Assembly (NCBI GenBank): GCA_050084985.1
Contig: JBITNC010000001.1
Location: forward strand, 75,330,001 to 75,394,000
Origin: Nageia nagi
Lineage: Eukaryota; Plantae; Pinophyta
Direction: 5' to 3'
DNA length: 64,000 nucleotides
The notes beneath the pieces were generated by a model. The model was not told where the DNA came from and searched no databases. It saw only the letters and a list, made by a program, of their open reading frames with translations. The translations under genes were made by a program, and so were the position numbers. Each line of letters starts with the position of its first letter. The stretch's first letter is position 1. Below are positions 13,571 through 24,100 of the stretch, piece after piece.

Positions 13571-14237
13571 TCCATCATGAATGTTTTAGAAACACAAGAA
13601 ACTCTCTCCATCTTCTTTTCTATCACAACTTGAGAAACATTTTTGGCATTTTTCCGTACATACCTAATGTGGTAAGGGAGCTTCTTCATCAACAATCTCT
13701 GTCATGAGCTCTTCATCTTTATCTTTTGCTACCTTTTTCATTCCTTCAGATTTAGGGCCATCAATTTTTGCTTCGAGATTCATATTTGATTCCATTTGTT
13801 TGAGTTTGGTAGCTATCTTTAAAAAATACCCTCTAAAGTCTAGGTCCTTCATTATATTATACACATCTCGGAATAGCTCATCCAAATATTTATCAATTGT
13901 AGACATCTTCACAATAGTGCCAGATCTATTATATTTTCTTCTAATTTTGGTAGATCTATCAGATCTACTCAAAATAATATTAGATCTACTCAAGATAATA
14001 TTAGATCTACTCAAAATATGGCCAGATCTATTAGATATGCTTGCAACAATGCTAGATCTGTTGTATCTACTCAAAACTCTTGTAGATCTACTAGATCTGT
14101 TCAGAATACTTGTGGATCTATTAGATCTGATGGATATCCCCATAGGATGGCAAGATCCAAGCTCTGATAACATTGTAATGTCCTACTTAGACAAAATCAA
14201 TGTTTATTACTTTCAAAACTCAGAATTGCATAAACAT

Positions 14238-15356
14238 GTTTTACACAGCTAATGAGGCGGAAATATTAGTTGATGAAATAGAGCCATTACTTGAATGGAC
14301 TTTGCCTTCTATTTCTGCAAGTGATGTTTATAGTGGTTTTTCAGTTTTTCATTTGTGTGCTAAGTCGTTTATTCATTGTAAAGAACAAATTGTTCATATT
14401 GCACAAAATGGCAATAGTCAACATTTTGTGTATGTGTTAGATATAGAAAAAATTCAGAAAATACAAAAAAAATCTCCCGAGCTTAAATTCTTGCATTTAG
14501 ATATGCTTCAGGTAGGGATTACTCCCCTAACACGAAAAGGCCTCAAAACCTCTTATGTCGCTAGCGTTCTTGACTGTAGGCATAATAATTTTTTTGATAG
14601 TCTAATTGGAGCCATTAGTACTTCTCTCCACGATGGTCCTAAAACTCTTTAGGTATATCCTAATTTCCTGGTCTATCTTAATGACCCGTATAAAGTCCTC
14701 AAAATTTGTGTCCATACACATGGTTTTGACATGAAACTTGGCACTTCCCACTTAGTAGTTCATATTAAAGTAATGTACTGGTTTATCAGTACCCTATAGC
14801 CAGCCATGAAGCATGGTGTATTAAAGGAAAGCTCAGTTGTTTTGAAAATAGACTCCAAACACAGAAGATTGAGCCAGAGGTCATTCAATAGAAAGACGTA
14901 CAAATTCCTAGACAGTGGGCTTTAGACACAAAGTTTTTATCAGACTATTCAAAACAACTTACATCCAGTATCATTGTATCAAAAGATAAAGCTATCATCA
15001 ATTTATCTGATCAAGCTTCTTCAAGCTCTCAAAGTTGTAGACATGATCTACAAGAAAAAGAATTTTTAGATGGACTTCCTAGGTCCAACACTTTAAGAAG
15101 ATCCATTGATCATAGATATTGCACCCATGTAAATTTGGTACCTATTAATCAAGGTTCCTTTAAATACCAATGTCAAGAGTGCTTATCATTGGTTGAAAGA
15201 TCTTTCAATGTAAATATGTTGAGCAAAGATTTTCTCGATGAAAAGGATGATGAATGGGACGTAGAAGACAAAAAAGTTCAGTCTTGGTTTGTGAGAAAAA
15301 CAGCTAGAGGAGTAGAACAAACCCCACAGAAAAATTACAAAATTGGAACAACGTAG
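14238..15356 (+). pseudogene. Second movement-protein copy (5'-truncated, stops and frameshift), extending further 3'
   Basis: About 90% identical (15/148 mismatches in a hand-counted block) to the reverse complement of 15728-16515. Stop at 14650-14652. Continues to YCTHVNLVPINQGSFKYQCQEC..KIGTT*. Confidence 0.88.
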
Positions 15357-15643
15357 CACATCTAGCCTAAATAGAAAGCTTGATGATTTAACAGATCTAC
15401 TAAAAAAAGCAGAAGTAGATATTGAAAAGGCTCAGGCTAGAAATAAAATTGTAATTGAACCAAAGATTGACACTATAAATGAAAAACTGACAAACCACTA
15501 TAAACATCACTTGCAGAAACAGAAGGCAAAGTTCATTCAGGTAATGGCTCTGTTTGATCAACTACTATTTTGGCCTCATTAGCTATGTGTAAAACATTTC
15601 TCAAATTAACAAAAGAAGATGTAAGATCCATACCCTTGATATT

Positions 15644-15656
15644 TGGTATCAGAGCC
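15644..15656 (+). promoter_or_regulatory. Second, inverted copy of the viral PBS
   Basis: 15636-15685 is a reverse-complement homologue of ~16930-16980. Confidence 0.85.
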
Positions 15657-15682
15657 AGTTTATATTTGTCTTTGTAAGATTT

Positions 15683-16594
15683 TCAGTTTATCTGATCAAG
15701 CCTCTTCAAGCTCTTAAAGTTGTAGACATGATTAGATAAACTGATGACAACTTTATCTTTTGATACAGTGATTCTAGATGTAAGCTGTTTTGAATGGTCT
15801 GATAAAATCTCTATGTCTAAAGCCCACTGTCTAGGAATTTGTACGTCTTTACATTGAATGACCTTTGGCTCAATCTTTTGTGTTTTGGAGTCTGTTTTCA
15901 AAACAACTAAGCTTTCCTTTAACACACCATGCTTCACGGCTGGCTGTAGGGTATTAGTAAACCGGTACATTACTCTAGTATGAACTACTAAGTGGGAAGT
16001 GCCAAGTTTCATGTTAAAACCATGTGTATGGACACAGATTTTGAGGACTTTATCCAAATGTGGGTCATTAAGATAGACAAGGTACTTAGGATATACTTGA
16101 AGAGTTTTAGGACCATCATGGAGAGAAGTACTAATGGCTTCAATTAGACTATTAGAAAAATTATTATGCCTACAGTCAAGAACGCAGACAACACAAGAGG
16201 TTTTGAGGCCTTTTCTGGTTAGGGGAGTAATCCCTACCTGAAGCATACCTAAATGCAAGAATTTAAACTCGGAAGATTTTTTTTGTATTTTCCAAATTTT
16301 TTGTATATCTAACACAGACACAAAATGTTGACTATTGCTATTTTGTGCAATATGAACGATTTGTTCCTTATAGTGAATAAATGACTTAGCACGCAAGTGA
16401 AAAACTGACAAACCACTATAAACATCACTTGTAGAAACAGAAGGCAGAGTCCATTTAGGTAATGGCTCTGTTTCATCAACTAATATTTCCGCCTCATTAG
16501 CTGTGTGTAAAACATTACTCAAATTAACAAAAGAAGATGTAAGGTCCATACCCGCTTCGGCTTCTGAAGATGAAGTTCTAATCTTGTGTGCCAT
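15683..16594 (-). CDS. Caulimovirid 30K-superfamily movement protein, open ORF of 303 aa with rearranged C-terminus
   Basis: W.LPS...DVY, FKFLHLGMLQVGITPLTRKGL, VLDCRHNNF..SLI..ISTSLHDGP, YPKYLVYLNDP and HGFNM..G..HL...RVMYR. This is the classic caulimovirid MP core with the conserved Asp motif. Confidence 0.9.
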   Translation of the reverse strand: MAHKIRTSSSEAEAGMDLTSSFVNLSNVLHTANEAEILVDETEPLPKWTLPSVSTSDVYSGLSVFHLRAKSFIHYKEQIVHIAQNSNSQHFVSVLDIQKIWKIQKKSSEFKFLHLGMLQVGITPLTRKGLKTSCVVCVLDCRHNNFSNSLIEAISTSLHDGPKTLQVYPKYLVYLNDPHLDKVLKICVHTHGFNMKLGTSHLVVHTRVMYRFTNTLQPAVKHGVLKESLVVLKTDSKTQKIEPKVIQCKDVQIPRQWALDIEILSDHSKQLTSRITVSKDKVVISLSNHVYNFKSLKRLDQIN

Positions 16595-16959
16595 TCTATT
16601 CCAAGACTCACGTCATTGATTTTCACCACCTCTATCCCAAAACATGCTTGTCCGTTGACTTTTAAACGGGATTTCGCGCGGAATTATGCTACTTTTCAGA
16701 TCTGATTGTTCAAGTGAATAGATAGTATGCCGGAAATAAAACTCAAGAACAGAACACAAAGTGATTGGATCAAACACTATTCTTTTATTTCACTCAGAAA
16801 GATGTTTACATAACAGGTCTCTTCGGATGGCGAAGATTGACCAAAAACACATAGACATGAAATTCAGTTTGAAACTCAAAGTCAGCGTTCTATGAAGTAT
16901 GCATTTCGGGGGCTTTAACTTGGAGAAATGAAAATATTACAAAGACTTAAATATAAATT

Positions 16960-16972
16960 GGCTCTGATACCA
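16960..16972 (-). promoter_or_regulatory. Viral tRNA-Met primer-binding site TGGTATCAGAGCC
   Basis: Perfect PBS motif ~370 nt upstream of the MP start codon, on the same strand. Confidence 0.85.
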
Positions 16973-17080
16973 AATATCAAAGTGCATGGAAGAAGAACTA
17001 TTACTCTATTTAGACACACTAAACTCTCTGACTATTTTCAACTATCGTTTCTGTCGTTGCTACAAATGAGCTCGAAACAC

Positions 17081-17090
17081 TTATTTATAG
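17081..17090 (-). promoter_or_regulatory. Putative viral pregenomic-RNA TATA box CTATAAATAA
   Basis: About 110 nt upstream of the PBS, followed by GAGCTCATTTG, which resembles caulimovirid/LTR core promoters. Confidence 0.55.
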
Positions 17091-17261
17091 TGGCTCAAAA
17101 GTAAATCAATGATTTACAGCAAAGATATCGTAGATCTAAATCTGGGCCATCTAACCTAGACCATACTTTATATAGTGTTTGGATGTGACTTAAAGTAAGT
17201 CACTTACAGATAAAGTTATTCTATTTACAACCCAAATGGATAAGTAAAGTATTCCACTCAC

Positions 17262-18167
17262 ACTAGGGCATCCAATCAACTCAAAAAAATCACCACAATG
17301 TATAAAATTCATTCTCAAATGCAAACATTTCAGTATATGAAACAAAATAAGTCTCTAGGGTATCAACATTTCCATCACAAATGACAAATATGGATCAGAA
17401 TATGATCAGAACTGAATAGTAAGCCTCACAATATGAGACGTCCCTAACAAAGGAAGAAATCTGAGCAATATGAATACCACAAACTACAGACCCAGTCTTC
17501 AAAAATGCGACAACACTTCTCATGCAAATGTGGATCCTCTAGGTAGGCAACAAACCATCAGAGGGCAAGTGTGATGCCTCATATATGGTCTCCAAGATGT
17601 CTGAAGGTGGAATAAACCTCCAACCAGCCTGAATGAGGCCTCAAACCCTGAGATGAACCCTTTAATGCTGATCTTCACCCAAAGGCTGAAATCTGATGAA
17701 TACTGTAAAGCAAACACTGAAAGTGCACGACCCTCTGCTAGGGCAGATTTGGAATAAAGAGTAATTAGAAACTTCAGGATTTTCGTCTCAAAGCTTCTAA
17801 CCCAAGAGGGTTTCCGTCCTCCAAGCTAACCGTTGCAAGTTTTCGTCCACAAGAGAAAATGGTATTAGCTTCTCAGCCAAATACACAAAGTAAAAGTGAA
17901 ATAATTAATCCAACATAACGTAAATGAGCCTCCAAGTCCTCTTTATATAGGAGAAATGTTATAATTCTCCATTGACTATTTACGAGGTGTCCATTATAAC
18001 TTAAAACATAATATTATTTTTCCTAACACATGACCCTTATTTCTCCTTCTTATTAGTTTTATTTTTATTTTAGTATTTTCTTCCACATTTAAGCACAAAA
18101 CATAAAAATACAAATCACACACCACACCACACCTATGTACACAAGGGCTGAAAAATGGGACATTACA
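17262..18167 (-). repeat. 5' LTR, main part (remaining 64 bp at 14174-14237, split off by the viral insertion)
   Basis: Aligns to 9172-10038. TATA-like CTATATAAAG on the minus strand at 17941-17950. Confidence 0.92.
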
Positions 18168-18499
18168 TGGGTCCATAGATTTCAGTGCATAGGCAACATC
18201 ATGCTTGGTAAAGAGAGATATTCTTAACCATAGGTGCTGCATGTGCCAAGAATCCCATTTTAACAAATGAAAGTGTTCAAGGTACGATGATACCAACTTG
18301 TCACCATGCGTACAAAGCAACATGAAGCGGGGGTCGAAAATCTTCCATCAACCAGATGAGATCTTTGGTGAGAGGGAATGTCTTGAGACTTATCAACTTG
18401 GAAACAAGCAAGTTTCCCCTTTTTCATTGTGTCTAAATCCATTAATAAGGCTTCCTCTAGGTTGCCCATCTAAGCCTATAAAATGTTCAGCTGCTAGGA

Positions 18500-19520
18500 G
18501 TACTTTCCATTAACTTTCATTTTCTTCATCGTAGGTGTCGTAGCCACGTTCTTCTTGATAAGGGATTTTAGTTTCTTCTTTAAGGGTGAGGTGTCTCCAA
18601 AATCCTCCAAAATACAACAGGTGGCCTAGCTCCCTTAAAGTGTTTTCTTCATTCTTTTTTACCTTCTCTATGTAGAATCACTCACTCGCTACCCCTTTAC
18701 CACTAGAGGAGGTATCTTGAGTGTGCCAAACTCTTATGTTTCCTCTTCCCGAGGCCATTTCATCTTTAACTTTTTCAGATAAGGAAAGCTCCTTTCCTTC
18801 AATAGAGGTGTTCGCCACTTGACTTGAGCTCTAAAGACTCTTCTTTTCCGACAAGGTTGAAAGAGATGGAGCCTTGTCATGTAGGGTGTGAGATGATTTG
18901 GCCATCGTTGCTTTGGCATTTGCATGTTGAAGTAACATGGTAAGGAGGCCTGCATGTTTTGGGGCTGAAAACTTCTCTTCCTGAACTACAAATGTTGATT
19001 TCTCCATGGATTTAAAGAAGAAAAGAGGGATATTCATCATTTAGTTATCTTGGAAGTGGTTGAGAAATGCCATGTGAAAGCTGCAAACCATGTCCAGGCT
19101 TTCATCAAGGGTCAGGTATTGCATAATTACAAGAATCACTTTTCTCCATGTCTTTGACAATGAATCACACTGGTAGCCATTGGAAAACTGCACCCACAAA
19201 TTGCTTGTTTCTACCTCTTGCATGTGAAACAAGTCCATTTCGTTTTTCATGGATTGTTTTTCTCTATTCAAATCGATCCTTTTCACTGGAATAATCAACA
19301 TCTATTCCACAAGCTCCACCAGCACTCTGAATTTGATCTCTTAAGCTGCAACTTTGCCTTCATTCCATGAACATGCCAATGTAGTAGCCAATTTCATGTC
19401 CAAGGGTGGGAATGTTTTGCTGAAGCTCCATAGCGTCCCCTTCTCCAGAATGATTTTCACTTCTTTGTCAGCTACTAAGGTCATCTGCTCCACCCTGTAA
19501 ATTGCCATGAAAAAAAAAGT
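18500..19520 (-). pseudogene. Degenerate retrotransposon accessory-ORF relic
   Basis: Broken colinear ORFs (LVIMQYLTLDE..FHMAFLNHFQD..NIPLFFFKSMEK..HAGLLTML) of a type I associate with gymnosperm LTR elements. Confidence 0.4.
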
Positions 19521-20109
19521 AGTTAAAGCAAACCAGAAGAAGGAAAAGGAAAATGTTGCATGCAAAGCACTAAGTGATCATTTAACAATGCTTCCTTGTA
19601 GAACATTTGAAGAACCACTTCATGCATTGATTGCACAAGATGCCACCCTCGCATGAGCCAATCAACGCTCCAAGTTGCTTTGCCCCATGCTATTTGATCA
19701 TCATGCTTGAAGTAAGGGTTCGATTAACCGCTAAAAGGGGACCACCATTTGAACATGCATTCAAAAAAGTAATATCCACAAAACAACAAGCCTTCCAATC
19801 TATTCGAGCTAACCAACTTCCTTGAATCTTGTCTCCTTGGAAATGAACAAGTCTTCCCGTCATGACATCCCATTTCCAATGTGTCCTATTTGTCAAATAG
19901 GAGCTTGGGGGGGAGTCTCCCTTCCAACAAAGTATCTCCATCCTCCAGGACAAATTACCCTTGGTAACGACTCCAAGAGATATCTTCTAATTCTAGTTAA
20001 TTATGACTAGAAGAATTTGATCCATATTTGAAATTTGATTACAACGCCCTTAAGACAACCTTCGAAGGGTTCTCCTTCTAGATAAGGAGCTCATCTTGGA
20101 TGAGGCCAA

Positions 20110-21170
20110 GGTATGCTAGAAAACTTGCCACCATATTCCCTTCCTAGAGGGTATTTAGAATATGAAAGTCTTTGATCTCTTTAGGACAAAAGTTGACATC
20201 CTCAAATAATCGTTTTTAATTCCAACTAGGTTCCTAGACTCCTTTGAGGGTATTCACCATATTCATTGAGTTTCCCTCAATTATAGGCCTCTTAAAACAA
20301 GAGTCTTTCAGTAGCTTTACTCCTTGGAAGAGTGCTCTAGCCTCAACAAAGTGACTAGTTTGGGTTCTAAAGTGTGTTCCCCTTATGGTGTTTAACATGA
20401 GAACTTCATCCACATGTTGAGAGTGCCCTTCGTGACACAACCAACCTCTTTAGTCCCTTAGATGCATGCTCCCTTCACTAGACCATTTGTATTGTTGGCT
20501 GGTGTGAGTGGATATTCCTTCTTCTAGACCATTCATGTTGTTGGCTAGAATGAGAGGGAAGGTGGATGCATGGAACTCAGAATAAACTTGGTGGAACTTG
20601 GCATTCAGACACTGTACTTGTCGGTGGAGCTTGTTGTAAAGGGCTGAATTCCTATGCTTAGAGCCATTTCCAATCTTCCTTCCTACATTTTTTTTTTTAA
20701 TTTTTCACTTTTTTTTGTGGCTTTTGCACCCCCCCTTTTTTATTTCAATGTTCGAGAAACAACCCTTGTCTAGGTATTGAGACAATCCGAGTCCTTCGTA
20801 AACAAATTTTGTTTGAGTTGGTGGCAACTTCAAACATCCTAGCCAGTCTCTGAGTTCTATTCTCGCAACATCCATCCATGAGACCTTTGAGGTAACCAGT
20901 CCTCATAGCAGGTAAGGGTAACACCCTTCCACCTAGGTGTTGGTTTAGTTTTGAGCCTTGCAAACATTTTGCCTATTGATAAGGTAGGAAATAAAAACTA
21001 CCCAACAGGTTCGAAGGTGTTCAACATAAGCAAGTAGGGATCTCCCTTGTCATTACAAGTGATTCCCTTGGGTTACCTTTTGAAGCCCCATCAAAATTCA
21101 ATTTAACCCAATCTTGGGGAGGAGGAATTCATCTAACTAGAGATCTATTTGCCTTCACCACTGCAGTAGA
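20110..21170 (-). pseudogene. LINE-type RNase H (RVT_3) relic split by an LTR fragment
   Basis: WVKLNFDGASKGNP at ~21070-21115. TSHFVEARALFQGVKLL..IIEGNSMNMVN..PSW..EGNMVASFLA at ~20110-20360. Confidence 0.75.
20450..21007 (+). mobile_element. 3' fragment of an LTR of the same family as 26420-29166 and 38047-41257
   Basis: Shares GAGTTGGTGGCAACT, CCTTTGAGGTAACCAGTCCTCATAGC and the terminus GGTAGGAAA..CCCAACA. Confidence 0.75.
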
Positions 21171-24100
21171 GACCTCTTTTTGGATTATTCTCCACCTTCT
21201 TTGTTGCATTGTTGTTAAGGTGGATTAAGTGTCATTTTGTCAAGTATCTGAAAATGGAAAAAGCAAAAGCAGTGGATTGGATTATATTATGCCACTTCAA
21301 TGCATTGATCTTAAGGAAGATCAGATTTTAGATGTCAAAGTTGAATTGTAAAAAATATCAATCATACATTTATTGAACAAGATAATTTTATCTGTCCTGA
21401 AAACAATTTGTTGACTATATCTGAAGTGTTGATAAGGTTTGATATGCTTAGTGAAGAAAAATAAGCTGAAAATGGAAAAGGATTTACCATTAAATGAGTG
21501 TGAGATATTAGAATTGAAGCCACTTTGTTCTTTTGATTCCATTGATTCAGTTCAGGAACTTGAGGGTAACAATTGCAATACTAATGGCCTATCTGTAGAC
21601 GCTCATGAAAAGTATTTGACTCGTGATAAATTAGTGCAACTTGGTAAGAGTGTTGACAAAATTTTATGTAGTGACAAGGATAATGATTTTATTGGCCTCT
21701 TAATCATACTGAAAGATTAAGGCATGAAAATTTTTCTAAGTCAAATGCATGAATTTTAGGCCAAACAAGGATAAATATGGTAAATCTGCATTTTCAAGTT
21801 CAAGCAAGTCCAAAAAACACCATTTTGTCTTTGGCGCATGGTTTAGAGGATATGCTTTTGCGTATACCAAAAATGGTGCACATGGCCTCATTTTGCATAT
21901 TTTTGGTAATTCCTACATTTTTGTGTTTAAATTGCATTCTTCATGCCAAATTTGCACTTGTCATTTGTAAAATTGCATCCCCCCCCCACCCCCCCCCTCA
22001 TTGCCCATCATTGTGCGGGTCATTCTGGTCATTTTCGTAAAAATTGACATATTTTATGCTTGGGCGCATGTATTTCATACATTGAAAAAGTACGTACCAA
22101 AAAAGTTGCCCCAAGCGGATGAGGTGTTTCCAACACTTAGCATTTTTTGAGAAAATTGGTAAAATAGCTTGAGCGCATGCTTTTGGGGACATGCTTTTGC
22201 ATGTACCAAAAATGGTGTGCCAACCCTTTCATGAGCATAACATTGGCTGTGTCAAAATTTTGGATGTCCACCATGAGGGAGACAAGTGTGTTGACATGCA
22301 TTGAGCCTTTATTCACACCAACCAGCATGTAACACCTGTCCTTATGGGGCAAAGGCTATAAAAGGAGGTCAATTTTATTTTTCAGTTCATTTGGTCAAAT
22401 CGTGGTGCATTGAGCTAAGTCTTTTTTCAAGGTGAGGTGAAGCACTCCTCCAAATTGGTGTGCCCCACACTGGAAATTATTTTTGAAAACCATTTTTATT
22501 AAAATTTGAATTATTGCATTGGTGAGAGTGCCATGGAATTGTGCACATGATTCTAGAAAATCGTGAAAGCACTTGAGCAAAATTGGTGCATCAACCTCAA
22601 GACATCCTATCCCAAGAGCAAGCTTTTTTGTCTAAGTATAGAATTCCACCTTGGCCCAAGTGCATGTTTTCTAGGACATGCTTTTGCACTCTCCTAAATT
22701 GGTGTGCCCAACATTCTTAGGGATTTTCAAGTAAGTTTTTTAAAAGTGCCTATCCCCTAGGTGCAAGGATTTTGGGACATGCTTTTGCACCCTTCCAAAA
22801 AGGTGCGACCTAGCTTCAAGGGATAAAAGGATGATGAAAATTGGCCAAGTTCATTATGTTGCACCAAGCTGGTAGGCGCATTTGTTTAAGGGGTAAGCTG
22901 GATCTCAAGGTCCGTTTTATGAAATTCATTCATTTCTTTTTGCATGGTTTGCCTTAATTGACCTAGGCACATGATTTTCCGATAGTGCAAAAGGACTCAT
23001 CGAAAACGATGTGCTCAAGTCCAAATTGAAAAATTTGGCTAATTATTCATGTTATCAGGTGCATTTCATTCTCCTTTCATTTAGGCATGAAAATTTGAGG
23101 CGCAAGGATTTTATGTAATGAAAACGCACTTGCCCAAATCGGTGTGCCCTAGCATGAAGTGGTGATTTTACCTTTCAATGTGAGATATTGTTGCCCTACC
23201 AACCATAAAATTAACTAAGTGATGAGTTCCTACACCAGGTATCCAATCGCATGTTTTTTAGACAAAGAAAAAGCACCCTTCTGAAACAGTGCGCCCTAGG
23301 AATTGTGAGCTAAAATTGACTAAGTATTGAGGAAGCTAGGAGTCAAAGGGCTAATAAGACAAGTGGCACCCATGCAATGTGCCAAGCATATACCCTCCAT
23401 GCGACCTCTATAAAAGGGGAGTTCTAGTCCATTTTTGCATGACATCTTTGCATCCTGAACTTGCATGTCTGACATTTTCTGAATTGCTCCAGGACACATC
23501 TAACTTTGTGCTTGACTCCTTTTGGGATATTTTCAGCCAGAATTCAGGCTTTTTCCTATCATTTTCTGCATTTTTCAGATTTCAAGATGAGTTCCAGGGC
23601 AAGGCCCACCCCATCCAAATCCAGAAAAATTCAGAAGCAACTCTTCGAGAGGCATGTCATAGAAGACCAGATGGAGAGAATTCTAAGAGAAAGCCAGATT
23701 GAGTTCTAAGAAAGAGAAAAACCAAAGCTCTTTGAAGCCAAATTTAAGGGGAGATTCACTTTCGTTGGAGATACAGATTGGGGAAATGTTGATCCCGTTC
23801 AGGCTATAACTGCCACTGCTTCTATCAAAGAAGAAGATTTACAAGATGAAATTATCTACTCTTGCGGATTGTTTAATGCCACTATGATGCCTTTTGCTGT
23901 TCCTTTTCCTGACTTATGCTATGAGGTATCCAAATGCTGCAAATATGATACAAGAGTTCTCTTGGACACCGAAGGGAATGTGATCATGGACTTCTCTCCA
24001 ATAGGGATTGAAGTTGCTTTTGGCTGGAAAAGATATGGAGATGATTACACTTTGGCCCAGTCAGAGGAGTTCCATGACACTACTGCCCGATCTGGGGATT

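Larger units (their letters stand above)
10051..14143 (-). pseudogene. Frameshifted chimeric long ORF of the LTR element, with captured host-gene fragments
   Basis: Six abutting or overlapping minus-strand ORFs (13664-14173, 13153-13695, 12855-13274, 12148-12771, 11520-12164, 10051-11523) run from the PBS to the PPT. Contains WDAG/VFDRGK/WDPG motifs and ends LEDKQS at the PPT. Confidence 0.75.
14238..17261. mobile_element. Rearranged endogenous caulimovirid (pararetrovirus) segment inserted in the 5' LTR
   Basis: Two 30K movement-protein copies in opposite orientation, two TGGTATCAGAGCC sites and a TATA box. Absent from the sister LTR. Replaces ~25 bp of LTR with no TSD. Confidence 0.88.
9083..18167 (-). 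mobile_element. Complete non-autonomous LTR retrotransposon with captured gene fragments
   Basis: Termini TGTAATGTCC...GGACATTACA. 5-bp TSD TGGGT at 9078-9082 and 18168-18172. PBS-like TGTTATCAGAGC (minus, 14161-14172). PPT AGGGAGGGGTG (minus, ~10042-10052). No RT, integrase or protease motifs recognised. Confidence 0.93.

Noticed and set aside
14238-17261. Complete, activatable endogenous virus
   Set aside because: No coat protein, protease, RT or RNase H sequence seen. Only leader and MP regions are present.
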